A stretch of DNA of 64,000 nt from the human T2T-CHM13v2.0 reference genome, Homo sapiens. The notes under the pieces are model-generated. The model was not told the origin of the DNA. It saw only the letters and a program-made list of their open reading frames with translations, and made no database searches. The DNA is taken from assembly GCF_009914755.1 (NCBI RefSeq), contig NC_060936.1; one strand, 5' to 3'. Below are positions 1 to 12,345 of this stretch, one piece after another. Numbering within the stretch: position 1 is the stretch's first letter; each line of letters begins with the position of its first letter. The position numbers and the translations under genes were made by a program.

Positions 1-3000
1 GGACTAAACTCTCCAATCAAAAGACATAGAGGGGTTGAACAGATTAAAAACAAAAAGACCTGATGATCTGTTGCCTACAAGAAACACACTTCAACTATAA
101 ACACACACAAAGACTGAAAATAAAGGGATGGAAAAGATATTCCATGCAAATGGAAACCAAAAAGAGCAGGAATAGCTGTACTGATATCAGACAAAATAGA
201 TTTCAAGACAAAAATTATAAAAAGAGACAGAGAAGGTCATTATCTAATGATAAAAGGGCCAATTCAGCAAGAGAATATAACAATTATAAATATATATATC
301 CCAAACTGGAGCACTCAGATATATAAAGCAAATATTATTAGCGTTAAAGAGAGAGATAGTGCCCCAATACAATATTAGCTAGAGACTTCACCACGCCACT
401 TTCAGCATTGAACAGAGCATCCAGACAGAAAATCAACAAAGGAACATTGGGTTTAATCTGTACTATAGACCAAATGGATCTAACAGATATTTACAGAACA
501 TTTCACCCAACAACTGCAGAATATACATTCTTCTCCTCAGCACATGGATCATTCTCAAGGATAGACCATGTGTTAGGGCACAACACAAGTCTTAAAACAT
601 AAAACATTCAAAAAATTAAAATAGTATCAAATATCTTCTGAGACCACAATGGAATAGAACTAGAAATCAATAACAAGAATTTTGGCAACTATACAAACAC
701 ATAGAAATTAAATAGTATGCTCCTGAATGACCAGTGGGTTAATGAAGAAATTAAGAAAGAAATTTAAAAATGGCTTGAAATAAATGATAATGGAAACATA
801 ATATATATAAATCTATGGGATACAGCAAAAGCAGTCCTAACAAGGAAGTTTAAGCTGCAAGCACCTACATCAGAAAAGGACAAAAACTTCAAATAAACAA
901 GCTAATGATGCATCTTAAAGAATTAGAAAAGCAAGCACAAACCAAACCCAAAATTAGTAGAAGAAAATTAATAATAAAGATAACAGCCAAAATAAATGGA
1001 AGCAAAGAAAACAGGACAAAAGATCACTGAAACGAAAAGTTGGTTTTTTGAAAAGATACACAAAATCAACAAACCTTTAGCCAGACTAACTACAAAAAAG
1101 AGAGAAGACTTAAATAAGTAAAATAGGAGCTGAAAAAGGAGACATTATGACCAATACCACAGAAATTCAAAGAATCATTAGAGGCCTCTATGAGCAACTA
1201 TATGCCAATAAATTGGAAAACCTAGAAGAAATGGACAAATTTCAAGATACATGCAATCTACCAAGATTGAACTATGAAGAAATTCAAAAGAACAGACCAA
1301 TAACAAGTAACAAGTTGGAAGCTGTAATAAAACATCTCCCAGCAAAGAAAAGCCCAGGACCTGACGGCTACACTGCTTAATCTTACCAAACATTTAAAGA
1401 AGGACTAATACCAATCCTACTCAAAGTATTCCAAAAAATAAAGGAGGAAATACTTCCAAACTCATTCTACAAGGCCAGTATTACCCTGACACCAAAATCA
1501 GACAAAGCCATTAAAAAAAGAAAACTACAGGCCAACATCTCTGATGAACATTAATGCAAAAATCCTCAAGAAAATCTTAGCAAACCAAATTAAACAGCAA
1601 ATTAAAAATATCATTCATCATGACCAAGTGGGATTTATCCTAGGGATGCAAGGATGGTTCAACATATGAAAATCAATATGATACATCATATCAACAGAAT
1701 GAGGGATAATATAATTTCATTTGATGCTGAAAAAGCATTTGATAAAATTCAACATTCCTTCATCATTAAAACCCTCAAAAAACTGTGTATAGAAGGAACA
1801 TACCTCAACACAATAAAAGCCACATATGACAGACCCACAGACCCATATTGCATGGGGAAAAATGGAAAGCCTTTTTTCTAAGATCTGGAACAGGACAAAG
1901 ATGCCACTTTCACCACTGATATTCAATATAGTACTGGAAGTCCTAGCTAGAACAATTGGACAAGAGAAAAAAATAAAGGTATCCAAATTAGAAAGAAGTC
2001 AAATTATCCTTGTTTGCAGATGATATGATCTTATATTTGGAAAAACCTAAAGACTCCACCCAAAAACTATTGGATCTGATAAACAAATTCGGTAAAGTTG
2101 CAGGATACAAAATCAACATACAATGGCAGCTTTGTGGAATAGAAAGGCGGGAAAGGTGGGGAAAAGATTGAGAAATCGGATGGTTGCCGTGTCTGTGTAG
2201 AAAGAAGTAGACATGGGAGACTTCATTTTGTTCTGCACTAAGAAAAATTCTTCTGCCTTGGGATCCTGTTGATCTGTGACCTTACCCCCAACCCTGTGCT
2301 CTCTGAAACATGTGCTGTGTCCACTCAGGGTTAAATGGATTAAGGGCGGTGCAAGATGTGCTTTGTTAAACAGATGCTTGAAGGCAGCATGCTCGTTAAG
2401 AGTCATCACCAATCCCTAATCTCAAGTAATCAGGGACACAAACACTGCGGAAGGCCGCAGGGTCCTCTGCCTAGGAAAACCAGAGACCTTTGTTCACTTG
2501 TTTATCTGCTGACCTTCCCTCCACTATTGTCCCATGACCCTGCCAAATCCCCCTCTGTGAGAAACACCCAAGAATTATCAATAAAAAAATAAATTAAAAA
2601 AAAATATATTAAAAAAAATATATATATATATATATAAAAAAGAAAAAAAAAATTAGTAGCATTTCTATATGCCAACAGCAAACAATCTGAAAAAGAAATC
2701 AAGAAAGTAATCCCATTTACAATAGCTACAAATGAAATTAAATACCTGGGAATTAACCAAAGAAGTGAAAGATCTGTACAATAAAAACTATAAAACACTG
2801 GTGAAAGAAACTGAAGAGGAAACAAAAAACTGGAAAGAGATTCCAAGTTCATGGACTGGAAAAATAAATATTGTTAAAGTGCTCATATTTTAAATAAATG
2901 CCCATAAAGACAGTCTTTTCAATAAATTGTGCTGGTAAAACTGGATATCCATATGCAGAAGAATGAAATTAGATGCTATCTCTTCCCATATACAAAAGTC

Positions 3001-4285
3001 AAATCAAAATGGATTAAAGACTTAAATCTAATACCTCAAACTACAAAATTACTACAAAAAAAAATGGGAAAACAATTTAGGACATTGGTCTGGGCAAAAA
3101 TTTCTTGAGTCATAGCCCACAAGCACAGATAACCAAAGCCAAAATGGACAAATGGGATCACATCAAGTTAAAAAGCTTCTGCACAGTAAAGGAAACAATT
3201 AACAAATTGAAGAGACAACCCATAGAATAGGAGAAAATATTTCCAAACTATCCATCTGACAAAGGATTAACAGCCAGAATATATAAAGAGCTCAAACAAC
3301 TCTATAGGAAAAAATCTAAATCTGAGTAGACATTTTCCAAAAGAAGACATACAAATGGCAAAGAGGTATATGAAAAGGTACTCAATGTCATTGATCATAG
3401 GAGAAATTAAAATCAAAACTGCAGTGTGATATCATCTCACCCCAGTTAAAATGGCTTGTTTCCAAAAGACAGGCAGTTACAAATGCTGGCAAAAACATTG
3501 AGAAAAGGAAACCCTCAAACACTGTTGGTGGGAATGTAAATTACTACAGCCACTATGGAGAACAGTTTGGAGGTTCCTCAAAATACTAAAAGTAGAGCTA
3601 CCACATGATCCAACAATCCCACTGCTAAGTATATACCCAAAAGAAAGAAAATCAGTATATTGAAGAGATATATGGACTACCATATATATTACAGCACTAT
3701 TCACAATAGCCAAGATTTGGAAGCAACCTAAGGGTCCATCAACAGACGAATGGATGTTGTGGCACATATACACAATGTTGTGCATGTACACAATGGAGTA
3801 CTATGCAGCTATAAAAAAGAATGAGATTCTGTCATTTGCAACAACATGGATGGAACTGGAGGTCATATTAAGTAAAATAAGCCAAGCACTTTGCCTGTTG
3901 TCACTTGTTTATAGGAGTTAAAAATTAAAACAATTGAAATCACAGAGATAAGTGAGAAGAAGGATGGTTACCAGAGGCTGGGAAGAGTAGTAGGGGGTTA
4001 GGGAAGAAGTGGGGATGGTTAGTGGGTACAAAAATATAATTAGAAACAAAAAAGATATAGTGATATAGTGTTTGATAGCACAACAGGGTGACTATAGTCA
4101 ATAATAATTTAATTGTACCTTTTAAAATAACTAAGATTATGATTAGACTGTTTGTAACACAAAGGATAAATGCTTGAGATGACAGATATCCCTTTTACCC
4201 TGATGTGATTATCATGCATTGCATTTCCCATAAATATATATACCTACTATGTACCCACAAAAATACAAAATAATTTTAGAAAAGA
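1..4285 (+). mobile_element. L1 (L1MA2/L1MA3-like) ORF2 plus 3' UTR, decayed, split by an SVA
   Basis: ORF2 remnants GLNSPIKRHR, ICCLQETH (endonuclease), [19 protein letters not shown] and ttgtttgcagatgatatgatc (FADD) at ~2010-2030; many stops and frameshifts; L1MA-type 3' end ...cctactatgtacccacaaaaat followed by an A-rich tail. Confidence 0.95.
2120..2650 (+). mobile_element. 5'-truncated SVA (SINE-R part plus tail only), SVA_F-like
   Basis: gctttgtggaatagaaaggcgggaaaggtggggaaaagattgagaaatcgg ... gagaaacacccaagaattatcaataaaaaaataaattaaaa; AATAAA at 2580-2585; L1 ORF2 resumes on the far side. Confidence 0.95.
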
Positions 4286-4317
4286 AAGAAAATATGCAAC
4301 TGCAGTTGGAACAGCAC

Positions 4318-4549
4318 AGCATAGCATGGTTGGGACTCTGGAGTCGGGTTCAAATTCCGACTCCTCTGCTTATCTGCTGTGTGATATCAAGCAAGTTGCT
4401 TACCTTTTTGTGCCTCAGTTTCTTCCTATGTAAATGGGGATTATAATAGTATCTACCTTTTAGGTTATTGTAAGACTGAATGGGATAATATGAAGACTGC
4501 TTAGAACAGGAAAGCCTGGAATAAAGTTCAATAAATATTAGCTATTATT
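4318..4549 (+). mobile_element. MIR
   Basis: gggttcaaattcc...tgtgtgatatcaagcaagttgctta...tgcctcagtttcttcctatgtaaatgggg core; tail aataaatattagctattatt. Confidence 0.85.
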
Positions 4550-5312
4550 GTATAATGCACCTACCTCTGTCCCTGGCATTCAGCAAATGTCAGCTACTGT
4601 TAGTTAAATGGGTGGGCAATTGTGGAAAACAGAAAACCCATTAAGAACAGAAGCAACAAGGGCTGGACCCTGAGCAAAAGCTGAACTTGGTGACCAAGGA
4701 AATTTTGCAAAGCAAAACTGACACTGTGGCCTGTCAACATGACTAGTAAACATGCACAACACATACTGTAATCAAGATGGAAAAAAACATACAGGCAAAT
4801 TTTGAACCCTGAAATTAATAAAAATAATAGGTGCTCTATCTGTCTCTGGTCCCCAAAATAAATGAAATCTGCATTTCTCATAAGCATGGACCCCTAGCAA
4901 AGACAATTCTTTTCCTGATTTTTGCAATGCCCATAACTGAAGTATGTCACAACCTTTCTCTTATAATAATCATGTAAAAATGCTGTTTTTTTCCTTACCA
5001 TGAACAGACTAGCGTGCCCTTGGTAGCCTTGGTGAGCTTGTGGTTTTGTTCTTTAAAAACTTTTTGTGTTTTTTGTGTGGCAAGTCTGTCTTTTTGGAGT
5101 CTGACTCCTTTGCACTTGTTGCAAGTTAACTTTTCTTTTCTAAGTGCTTTTATCTCTGAGTCTTTTCACTGACAGTTATGATGTCAATTGCAAACAGTTT
5201 AATATTCATCTTCCCCAGTTCTAAGGGTGCTGGCCAAGATGCCACCCACGGATGAAGCTTTCATTAAGAGTTGGTGGCCAGGATGTGAGCGTTGGGAGGA
5301 GCATAAAGGGGA

Positions 5313-5318
<6 letters not shown>

Positions 5319-5346
<28 letters not shown>
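5319..5346. repeat. poly(A) run
   Basis: about 28 consecutive A. Confidence 0.95.
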
Positions 5347-5536
5347 GATTTCAGCTTGGTACATCTGCCCCACAACAAATATAGATCATCTTCCACATCT
5401 GGTAAATACTGTGGGTCAGCATTTGAGTTCTTAAGCAAGGAGCTGCAGTCACATGGTGTGGAGCTACACAAAAGCTGTGTTAATCAGAACTGTGTGAATT
5501 AGCTCCATCTGGATTTCTAAATCAGGGAACATGTTC

Positions 5537-5732
5537 ATTTATAAATCAATATAAATATAAATAAAGAAATATATGTGTAAATATTTATAATTAAAGCTAA
5601 ATATATAAATATATTAAAATCAATCTTCATATTAAGTATTAACATATAATATAGGAATACATTTTCTATTAATATAATATAGAGATACAATATATTTGTA
5701 ATTAAATATGTATTTATAAACATATATATTTG
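5537..5732. repeat. AT-rich low-complexity tract
   Basis: almost entirely A/T with degenerate TA repeats. Confidence 0.85.
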
Positions 5733-6084
5733 TAAGGAAAGAAACCTATTTTTGTAATTTTAAGATAAGCTAGGTTAATAAAGTTTATTTAAAGCATTTC
5801 CAACTATAGTTTGGAACAATCCTTAGAGGTTTTACTTTCAGGGTTACATAGAATGATTTTCAATAAAAGTAGAGATAATTGGAACACCAACAAGACACTT
5901 TGAAAGTGCTTGGGAGTGTTTAAAAATAGTTTCTTCTCTTAATAGCTTAAATATTCTCCATAGCATTATTCACTTTTTACCAACCCTAAAGAAATGGTTT
6001 TCTACACAAAGTTGAAGTTTAACCAAGGTCCTATTTGAATTATGACACGGATCAAATTTGTAGAGCAAAAATATTATGAACTGA

Positions 6085-6615
6085 CATTTATTGAGATGTT
6101 ACTCTGTGCCCAGCCCTGTGATAATTTATCTGCATTATTGCATTGAATTTTCACATTTCTCTATGAGATAGTATAACTGGAACCCCCGAATTGTAGTTGA
6201 GGAAAGTATTTTTTCCAAGGCTAAACAAGAAGGATGTGGCTAAGTAAGTATTTGAGCCCAAATCATTCCGACTCTTGAAGCTGAGCATTTTTTTTTTTAA
6301 TACTTTAAGTTCTGGGATACATGTGCAGAACATGCAGGTTTGTTACATAGGTATACACGTGCCATGGTGGTTTGCTGCACCCATCAACCCATCATCTACA
6401 TTAGGTATTTATCCTAATGCTATCCCTCCCCTAGCCCCCCACCCCCAATAGGCCCCAGTGTGTGATGTTCCCCTCCCTGTGTTCATGTCTTCTCATTGTT
6501 CAACTCCCACTTATGAGTGAGAACATGCAGTGTTTGGCTTTCTGTTCCTGTGTTAGTTTGCCGAGAATGATGGTTTCCACCTTCACCTACGTCTTAACCG
6601 CTCCGCTCCACCACT
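6085..6615 (-). mobile_element. MIR interrupted by an L1PA 3' fragment
   Basis: catttattgag...tttgagcccaaatcattccgactc, resuming as cttaaccgctccgct after the L1 piece. Confidence 0.6.
6288..6593 (-). mobile_element. L1PA7-like 3' end fragment
   Basis: poly(T) then tactttaagttctgggatacatgtgcagaac...tacattaggtatt..cctaatgctatccctcccctagcc...ttatgagtgagaacatgcagtgtttgg. Confidence 0.9.
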
Positions 6616-6804
6616 CCTCATGGACAGTTTTACTCTATTCATTCTTTCCTTCAGTAAACGTATAGTCTTTGAGCATACACTATGATTAGACGCCTTTCTG
6701 AGCGCCAGGGACATGGCAGAGAATAAGACAGAGAAGCTACTCTCATGGAATTTACATTTCTGGGATGGGAGTTAGTAGACAGAAATATATATACACAGTA
6801 AATA

Positions 6805-7981
6805 CAGTCGTGCATCACTTAACGACAGGGGTAAGTTCTGAGAAATGTGTCCTCAGGCGATTTCATCCTTGTGTGAACATCACACGGTGTACTTACTCAC
6901 ACAAACCTAGATGATAAAGCCTATTGCTCCTAGGCTACAAACCTGCATGCATGTTAATGTACTGGATACTGTCAATTATAACACAATGGTAAGTATTGGT
7001 ATATCTAAACATAGAAAAGGAACAATAAAAATACACAGCATCAAGATAAAAAATGGTACACCTCTATAGGACACTTCCCATAAATGGAGCTTTCAGGACT
7101 GGAAGTTTCTCTGAGTCAGTGGGTAAGTGGTAAGTGAATGTGAAGGCCTAGGACATTACTGTACACTACTATAGTCTTTATAAACACTGTACACTTAGGA
7201 TACACTACATTTATTTAAAGTTTTTTCTTTATTCAATAATAAATCAACCTTACCCTATCGTAATGTTTTTACTTTATATACTTTTAATTTTTTAAATATT
7301 TTTATTGTTTTGTAATAATACTGAGCTTAAAACACAGACACACTGTACAGTTGCACAAAATTATTTTCTTTATATCCTTATTCTATAAGCTTGCTTCTAT
7401 TTTTAATTTTTTTCATTTTATTTTTTTCACTTTTTAAACTGCTTTATTAAAAACTAAGACACAAACACAAAGGGTCTACGAAGGGTCAAAATCATCCATA
7501 TCACTCTCTTCTACCTCCACATCTTGTCCCACTGGAAGGTCTTCAGGGGCAGTAATACACATGGAGCTATCATCTCCTATGATAACAATGCTTTCTTCTA
7601 GAAAACCCCCTGAAGGACCTGCTTGGGGCTGTTTTACAGTTAACTTTTTTTTTTTTATCAGTGGAAGTACACTATAAAATAACGATAAAAGGTATAGTAT
7701 CATGAATATGTACACCAGTAACATAGTCGTGTATTATCATGATCGAGTGTATTATCATACACATTAATTGTATGTGCTAGACTTCTATATGACTGGCAGC
7801 ACAGTAGGTTTGTTTACACCAGCATTTCCACAAACACGTGAGTAACGCATTGCTACTATATTAGGATGACTATGAAGTCACTAAGCGATAGGAGTTGTTC
7901 AGTTCCATCATAATCTTATGGGATCACTGTTGTATATTCAGTCCCTCATTGACTAAATCACAGCTATGCAGTGCATGACTG
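6805..7981. mobile_element. Tigger3b (TcMar-Tigger/Golem) non-autonomous DNA transposon
   Basis: terminal inverted repeats cagtcgtgcatc... / ...gtgcatgactg; TA target duplication at 6803-6804 and 7982-7983; ~1.18 kb. Confidence 0.9.
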
Positions 7982-8397
7982 TACAGAGTGTGTCACTTCC
8001 TAGTGCTATGGAGAAAAAAACTAATGCAGGAAAGATGGACATGGGAGACTGTGAGGAACAGGCTAGGCACTTTGAACAAGGTGAACATGCTTCCCTGTGG
8101 AGGAGAGACCTGCAGGTGGTAAGGGAATGAGCTTTGCACACCTTGGTCTCAAGGGAATTGCATTTTAGGCAAGTGCAGATGCTCTGAGGTAGGAGCCTGC
8201 TGAGCTGTTCCAGGAGGACCAAGATTGTCCTGGCTGGGGCAGAGTGACCCAGGGCTGTGGTTCTCCAAACAGGGTCCTAGGACAAACAGCATCAGTTTCA
8301 TCTGTAGACTAGTTAGAAGTGCCAATTCTCAGCCCCCATTCCACACCTGCAGGTATGGGAACTCTGGAGTGGGGCCCAGAAGTGTGTATGTGCATGC

Positions 8398-8400
<3 letters not shown>

Positions 8401-8438
<38 letters not shown>
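8401..8438. repeat. (TG)n microsatellite
   Basis: about 19 TG units. Confidence 0.97.
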
Positions 8439-8439
<1 letters not shown>

Positions 8440-8441
<2 letters not shown>

Positions 8442-8632
8442 ACTTTTTTATATTGAAATAATTTCAGATTGACAGAAGAGTTGTAAAGACAGTACAAAGA
8501 TTTTCCTTACACCCATCTTCCCTTGATGTCAACCTCTTACTCCATCATGGCACATTTTTCAAAACTAAGAGATTAACAGTTATATGGCACTAATAACTAA
8601 ACTGCAAACTTTATCTGGATTTCTCTAGTGTT
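8440..8632 (-). mobile_element. L1MC4/5-type 3' end fragment
   Basis: tattgaaataatttcagattgacagaagagttgtaaagacagtaca. Confidence 0.65.
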
Positions 8633-8869
8633 AGTGATCTGTGGTTTAACAAGTTCTCCAGATGATCGAATACTACCAAAATTTGAAGACCACTTAGCCA
8701 GAGGGATAGTAATAGGGGATGACGTCAGGGAAGTTGGGGTGTGGGGGTGTCTAGATCTTGTAGGGTCTTACAGGCGATTGCAAGGCCTTTAGGTTTTTCT
8801 CTGAGAAGAGAAACCATTTGAGGGTTCTGAGCTCAAATGACTTTCTCAATGTGATCTAATGTGACCATT

Positions 8870-9112
8870 CTATCTTAAAATTTGAATGGCTTTCCCTCAA
8901 CCCTATCCCCAATCTTTGCATGATTCCTTCCCTTGCTTTATTTTTCTTCCTAGTCTTTGTTCCTTTCCTTTTTATTGGTGATCTTCATTATTTTCTGCCT
9001 CCTCTGCTAACTCCACAAGGGCTAGAATCTTTGCTTGACTCATTGATATATCCTCAGCACCTAGAACAGCACCTGACATAATAAGGGCTCAGCAAACATT
9101 TGTTGAATGAAG
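8870..9112 (+). mobile_element. L2 3' end
   Basis: tatatcctcagcacctagaacagcacctgacataataagggctcagcaaacatttgttgaatgaa. Confidence 0.8.
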
Positions 9113-9769
9113 ACGTAGGGAAAAAAAAAGAGTAGAGAAAGAGTAAACTATTTTAACATTCATTTTAGAAGGTTCATTCTGGGTCCTGGGTGAAGAAAAG
9201 ATCAGTAAATTATGGGGGTGGAAAAGAATGAGCAAGGGTAGAGAGACCAGTTAAGAGGCTCCTGGGGTGACCCAACAGAAAGAAGATGGTAGCTTGAATG
9301 TTGCCTGGGTGACTATGGAGTTTCGTGTCTTACACATGCCACTTGAACAGACATTAACATTACAGTCGGCTGAAAAATACTCTGTATAAGAAGAGCTCTG
9401 GAGAGTAACTTTTGAAGATAAATCAATTTCTTATTTTAAGAATAAAAAATAAACTCCTAATATTTGGTTATTTTAAAGGAATTTCCTGTGCACGTGCAAA
9501 ATGCCCAGCTTTTATTCTCTATTAAGACATGCAGAGTCTATTATTACAGCCTTGATGTTTAACTTACCATCAAAGGGAGCAGGCCAAGATGGCCAAGCCT
9601 CAAGTTCGGGAATGTTAAACACTATTCACAATATGCCTCAGACTTAAAATGCTTTCTTTAATACTGAATAGGATGGTTCACAAAGGATACACTCTTTCTT
9701 CCAGAAACAGGGTGAGGACTTGGGGGTCATTAAGATAACATCTCAAAGGTAACATGACACTTAAGAGGC

Positions 9770-9908
9770 AAAGAAATGCCATAGGGTCTGGAGTTCACAG
9801 CCTGGTTTCTAAACCTAGTTCCGCCTTGTACTAGCTGGGTGACCTTGGACAAGTTACTCAACTACTTTGGGCCTGAATGTCTTCATTTTATTATCACTAA
9901 TAATAGTG
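9770..9908 (+). mobile_element. MIR
   Basis: tctggagttcacagcctgg...ctagctgggtgaccttggacaagttact. Confidence 0.75.
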
Positions 9909-12006
9909 CTTGGCATTTTGCATGTACATCAGAGTGCAGAACTTTACAATTTTCTTTTTAGCAAGGGTGGTAGCTATCTGGTTGCCAACAGTGTCTGTCT
10001 TTAAAGAGGGAAGATAGCAAGTCATGTTCCAGGAAATCATTCTGTTTTTGGAAGGAGTTTTCAAAGGTCCCTTTTGGTTATATAGATATAGAATGAGAAG
10101 AGCCCATCCCTCTGGAAGAAATGCTCAAAAGGATACTTTCTTGACATAGAAAGGTCACTAATCCCAGCCTCTTCCAATTTTGCACAAGGGCAAAGGAAAC
10201 CCTTGGGAGACCACTGGAGGGTGGACCCCTTCTTCTTGTAGGTTCTGCAGTGCTGGAACCTCTCCGATGGATGGAGGTGGACTTGACTGAGGTCAGTATG
10301 TAGGAAAAGATTTTTTCCAGGGACCCAGGAAGGGGAAACAACACACATTTTTATTATTATCATAGAAGAAACAGCAATAATCTCTAACAGTTGAACTGCT
10401 TTACAGCTTATCTGGCATTGTCACATATATTAGTATCATCCTCACCATACCATGGTTTGATCTGATTTTTCAGCATGAGGAATCCCTGTCCCCACCCTCA
10501 GCACACCTAGGAAGAGTCTCCTGTGATCCCATCCCAGAAATGACCTAGAGAATGTCCAGTATGCCTAGATTCAGGTACTAGACTACCAGCTTCTTCTGCC
10601 ACATCTTGCCCTTAATTCCTTTTTCTCACCCTTTTTCATGAGCAACCACTCCCTCTCTCCCCTCCGTTGTAATTCTGCCTGGGTCCCATCAGTTCAACTT
10701 ATGGCTCACTTTTCTCTTAGCTTTTGATACCCTTGTCTACTTTCTGGCTACTCCATTCCTCTCTCCTCTTTAGTGTGATGATTGCACATTCATATTCTTC
10801 TAGGTACCTCCCTGCCAACTTACACTGGCCCTCAAAACCTTCCTTCAGGTACATTGGCCTCCTAAGCAGCCTCCCACAATCTCCATGGACAGAATTGGAC
10901 AGTTAACTCAATTTGACAGAGAATGAACCTACCAGAATCATACAACCAACCAAACTGTGTTGCTTCAAGTGTAAAGCTCAGCTCTTAGAACACTCCTACA
11001 CTGATATCTTCAATCTTTTCCCTACATCACTTCACCATTGTCATGTGTAAATATATTAGTGACATTCCAGCCATGAAATAAATTTATCAAGACATGGAGG
11101 GAAAAAACATGGGTTATTTATTTGGTACAACAGGATTTCATCACATTCTTGTCTTCTGGGATGACACATCACTCCAGTGCACGATTGTGGCCAGAGTGGG
11201 TCTTTTAAGGGTGATCAGGAGAGCAGCAATAATAAGGTCATTCAACCTAAGCCAGATCAGAACCATCAGACCAAGGGGATGTGGCTGCACAAAAGGTTGG
11301 TGAGTAGCCTAAGCAAAAAGAAATGGCCTCAGGGGCCCAGAGTCTGCCAAACAGCTGACCAGTGAAATCTAAATTGGCAGCAAGGCCCTGTCCCCATCTC
11401 AAAGGAAAAATTAAAACCAGGCTTTCTGGGAGGGCAGGACCGAATCAGAAGGGAGGTGATGCCTGTAACCAAGGCAACATGCAAACACTAACTTTTCCTT
11501 TCTCCTCTCCTCCTCCCCAGTGGCCTACTTCCAAACAGCACTCCTACACTCATCCATCTCAGGGAAAAGTGTCAAGAGAGGATGAAGACATCTTATCATT
11601 CCTCAAGAAAAGCCAAAAGCACTAAGATGCTCCCACCAAAGGAAAGGAAAAAAAAATCTAAAGAAAAATTACTAGCTGCTTATATCAGCAGAGATTTATA
11701 TAATAAATATAGGAAGCTATTTAAGTCTTTCCAGACTAAGGCCATGAATATCCTTTTAGAAAGATTAAAAATTCAGAGTAAAGTTATGTAAAACTAGGCA
11801 GTTAACAATATCTTACATTTATGTAGAGGGCTGCACTTTATAGAGTGGTTTTCCATACATTATCATGAGGCAGATACCACTGTCTCCATTTGTTAGGGGA
11901 GGAAAATAAGGCCCAGGCAGTTCAAGTGATTTGTCTAGGATTTGAGGCATGAAACAGAGAGCCTCCAACATATTCAGTTTTACCTTAATACCTGTTAAGT
12001 GAATGA

Positions 12007-12345
<339 letters not shown>

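Larger units (their letters stand above)
8255..8696. mobile_element. MER5A (hAT-Charlie) split by (TG)n and an L1MC fragment
   Basis: gtggttctccaaac...agcatcagtttcatctg..gttagaagtgccaattctcagccccc..actctggagtggggcccag; remainder tctgtggtttaacaagttctccagatgat...tttgaagaccact. Confidence 0.75.
6635..9310 (-). mobile_element. L2 fragmented by nested insertions
   Basis: collinear L2 pieces at ~6635-6800, 7990-8248, 8700-8860 and 9160-9310 (e.g. gagagaccagttaagaggct). Confidence 0.65.

Noticed and set aside
63-2023. ORFs resembling endonuclease/reverse transcriptase
   Set aside because: Broken fragments of L1 ORF2 with many stops and frameshifts; not a functional CDS
2113-2412. 99-aa ORF LNEHAAFKHLFNKAHLAPP...
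   Set aside because: Antisense reading of the SVA SINE-R region; any database match would likely be repeat-derived
10242-10291. Possible 50-nt + strand exon (cttcttcttgtAG ... GAG|GTCAGT)
   Set aside because: Isolated, no partner exons or recognisable product; within chance expectation
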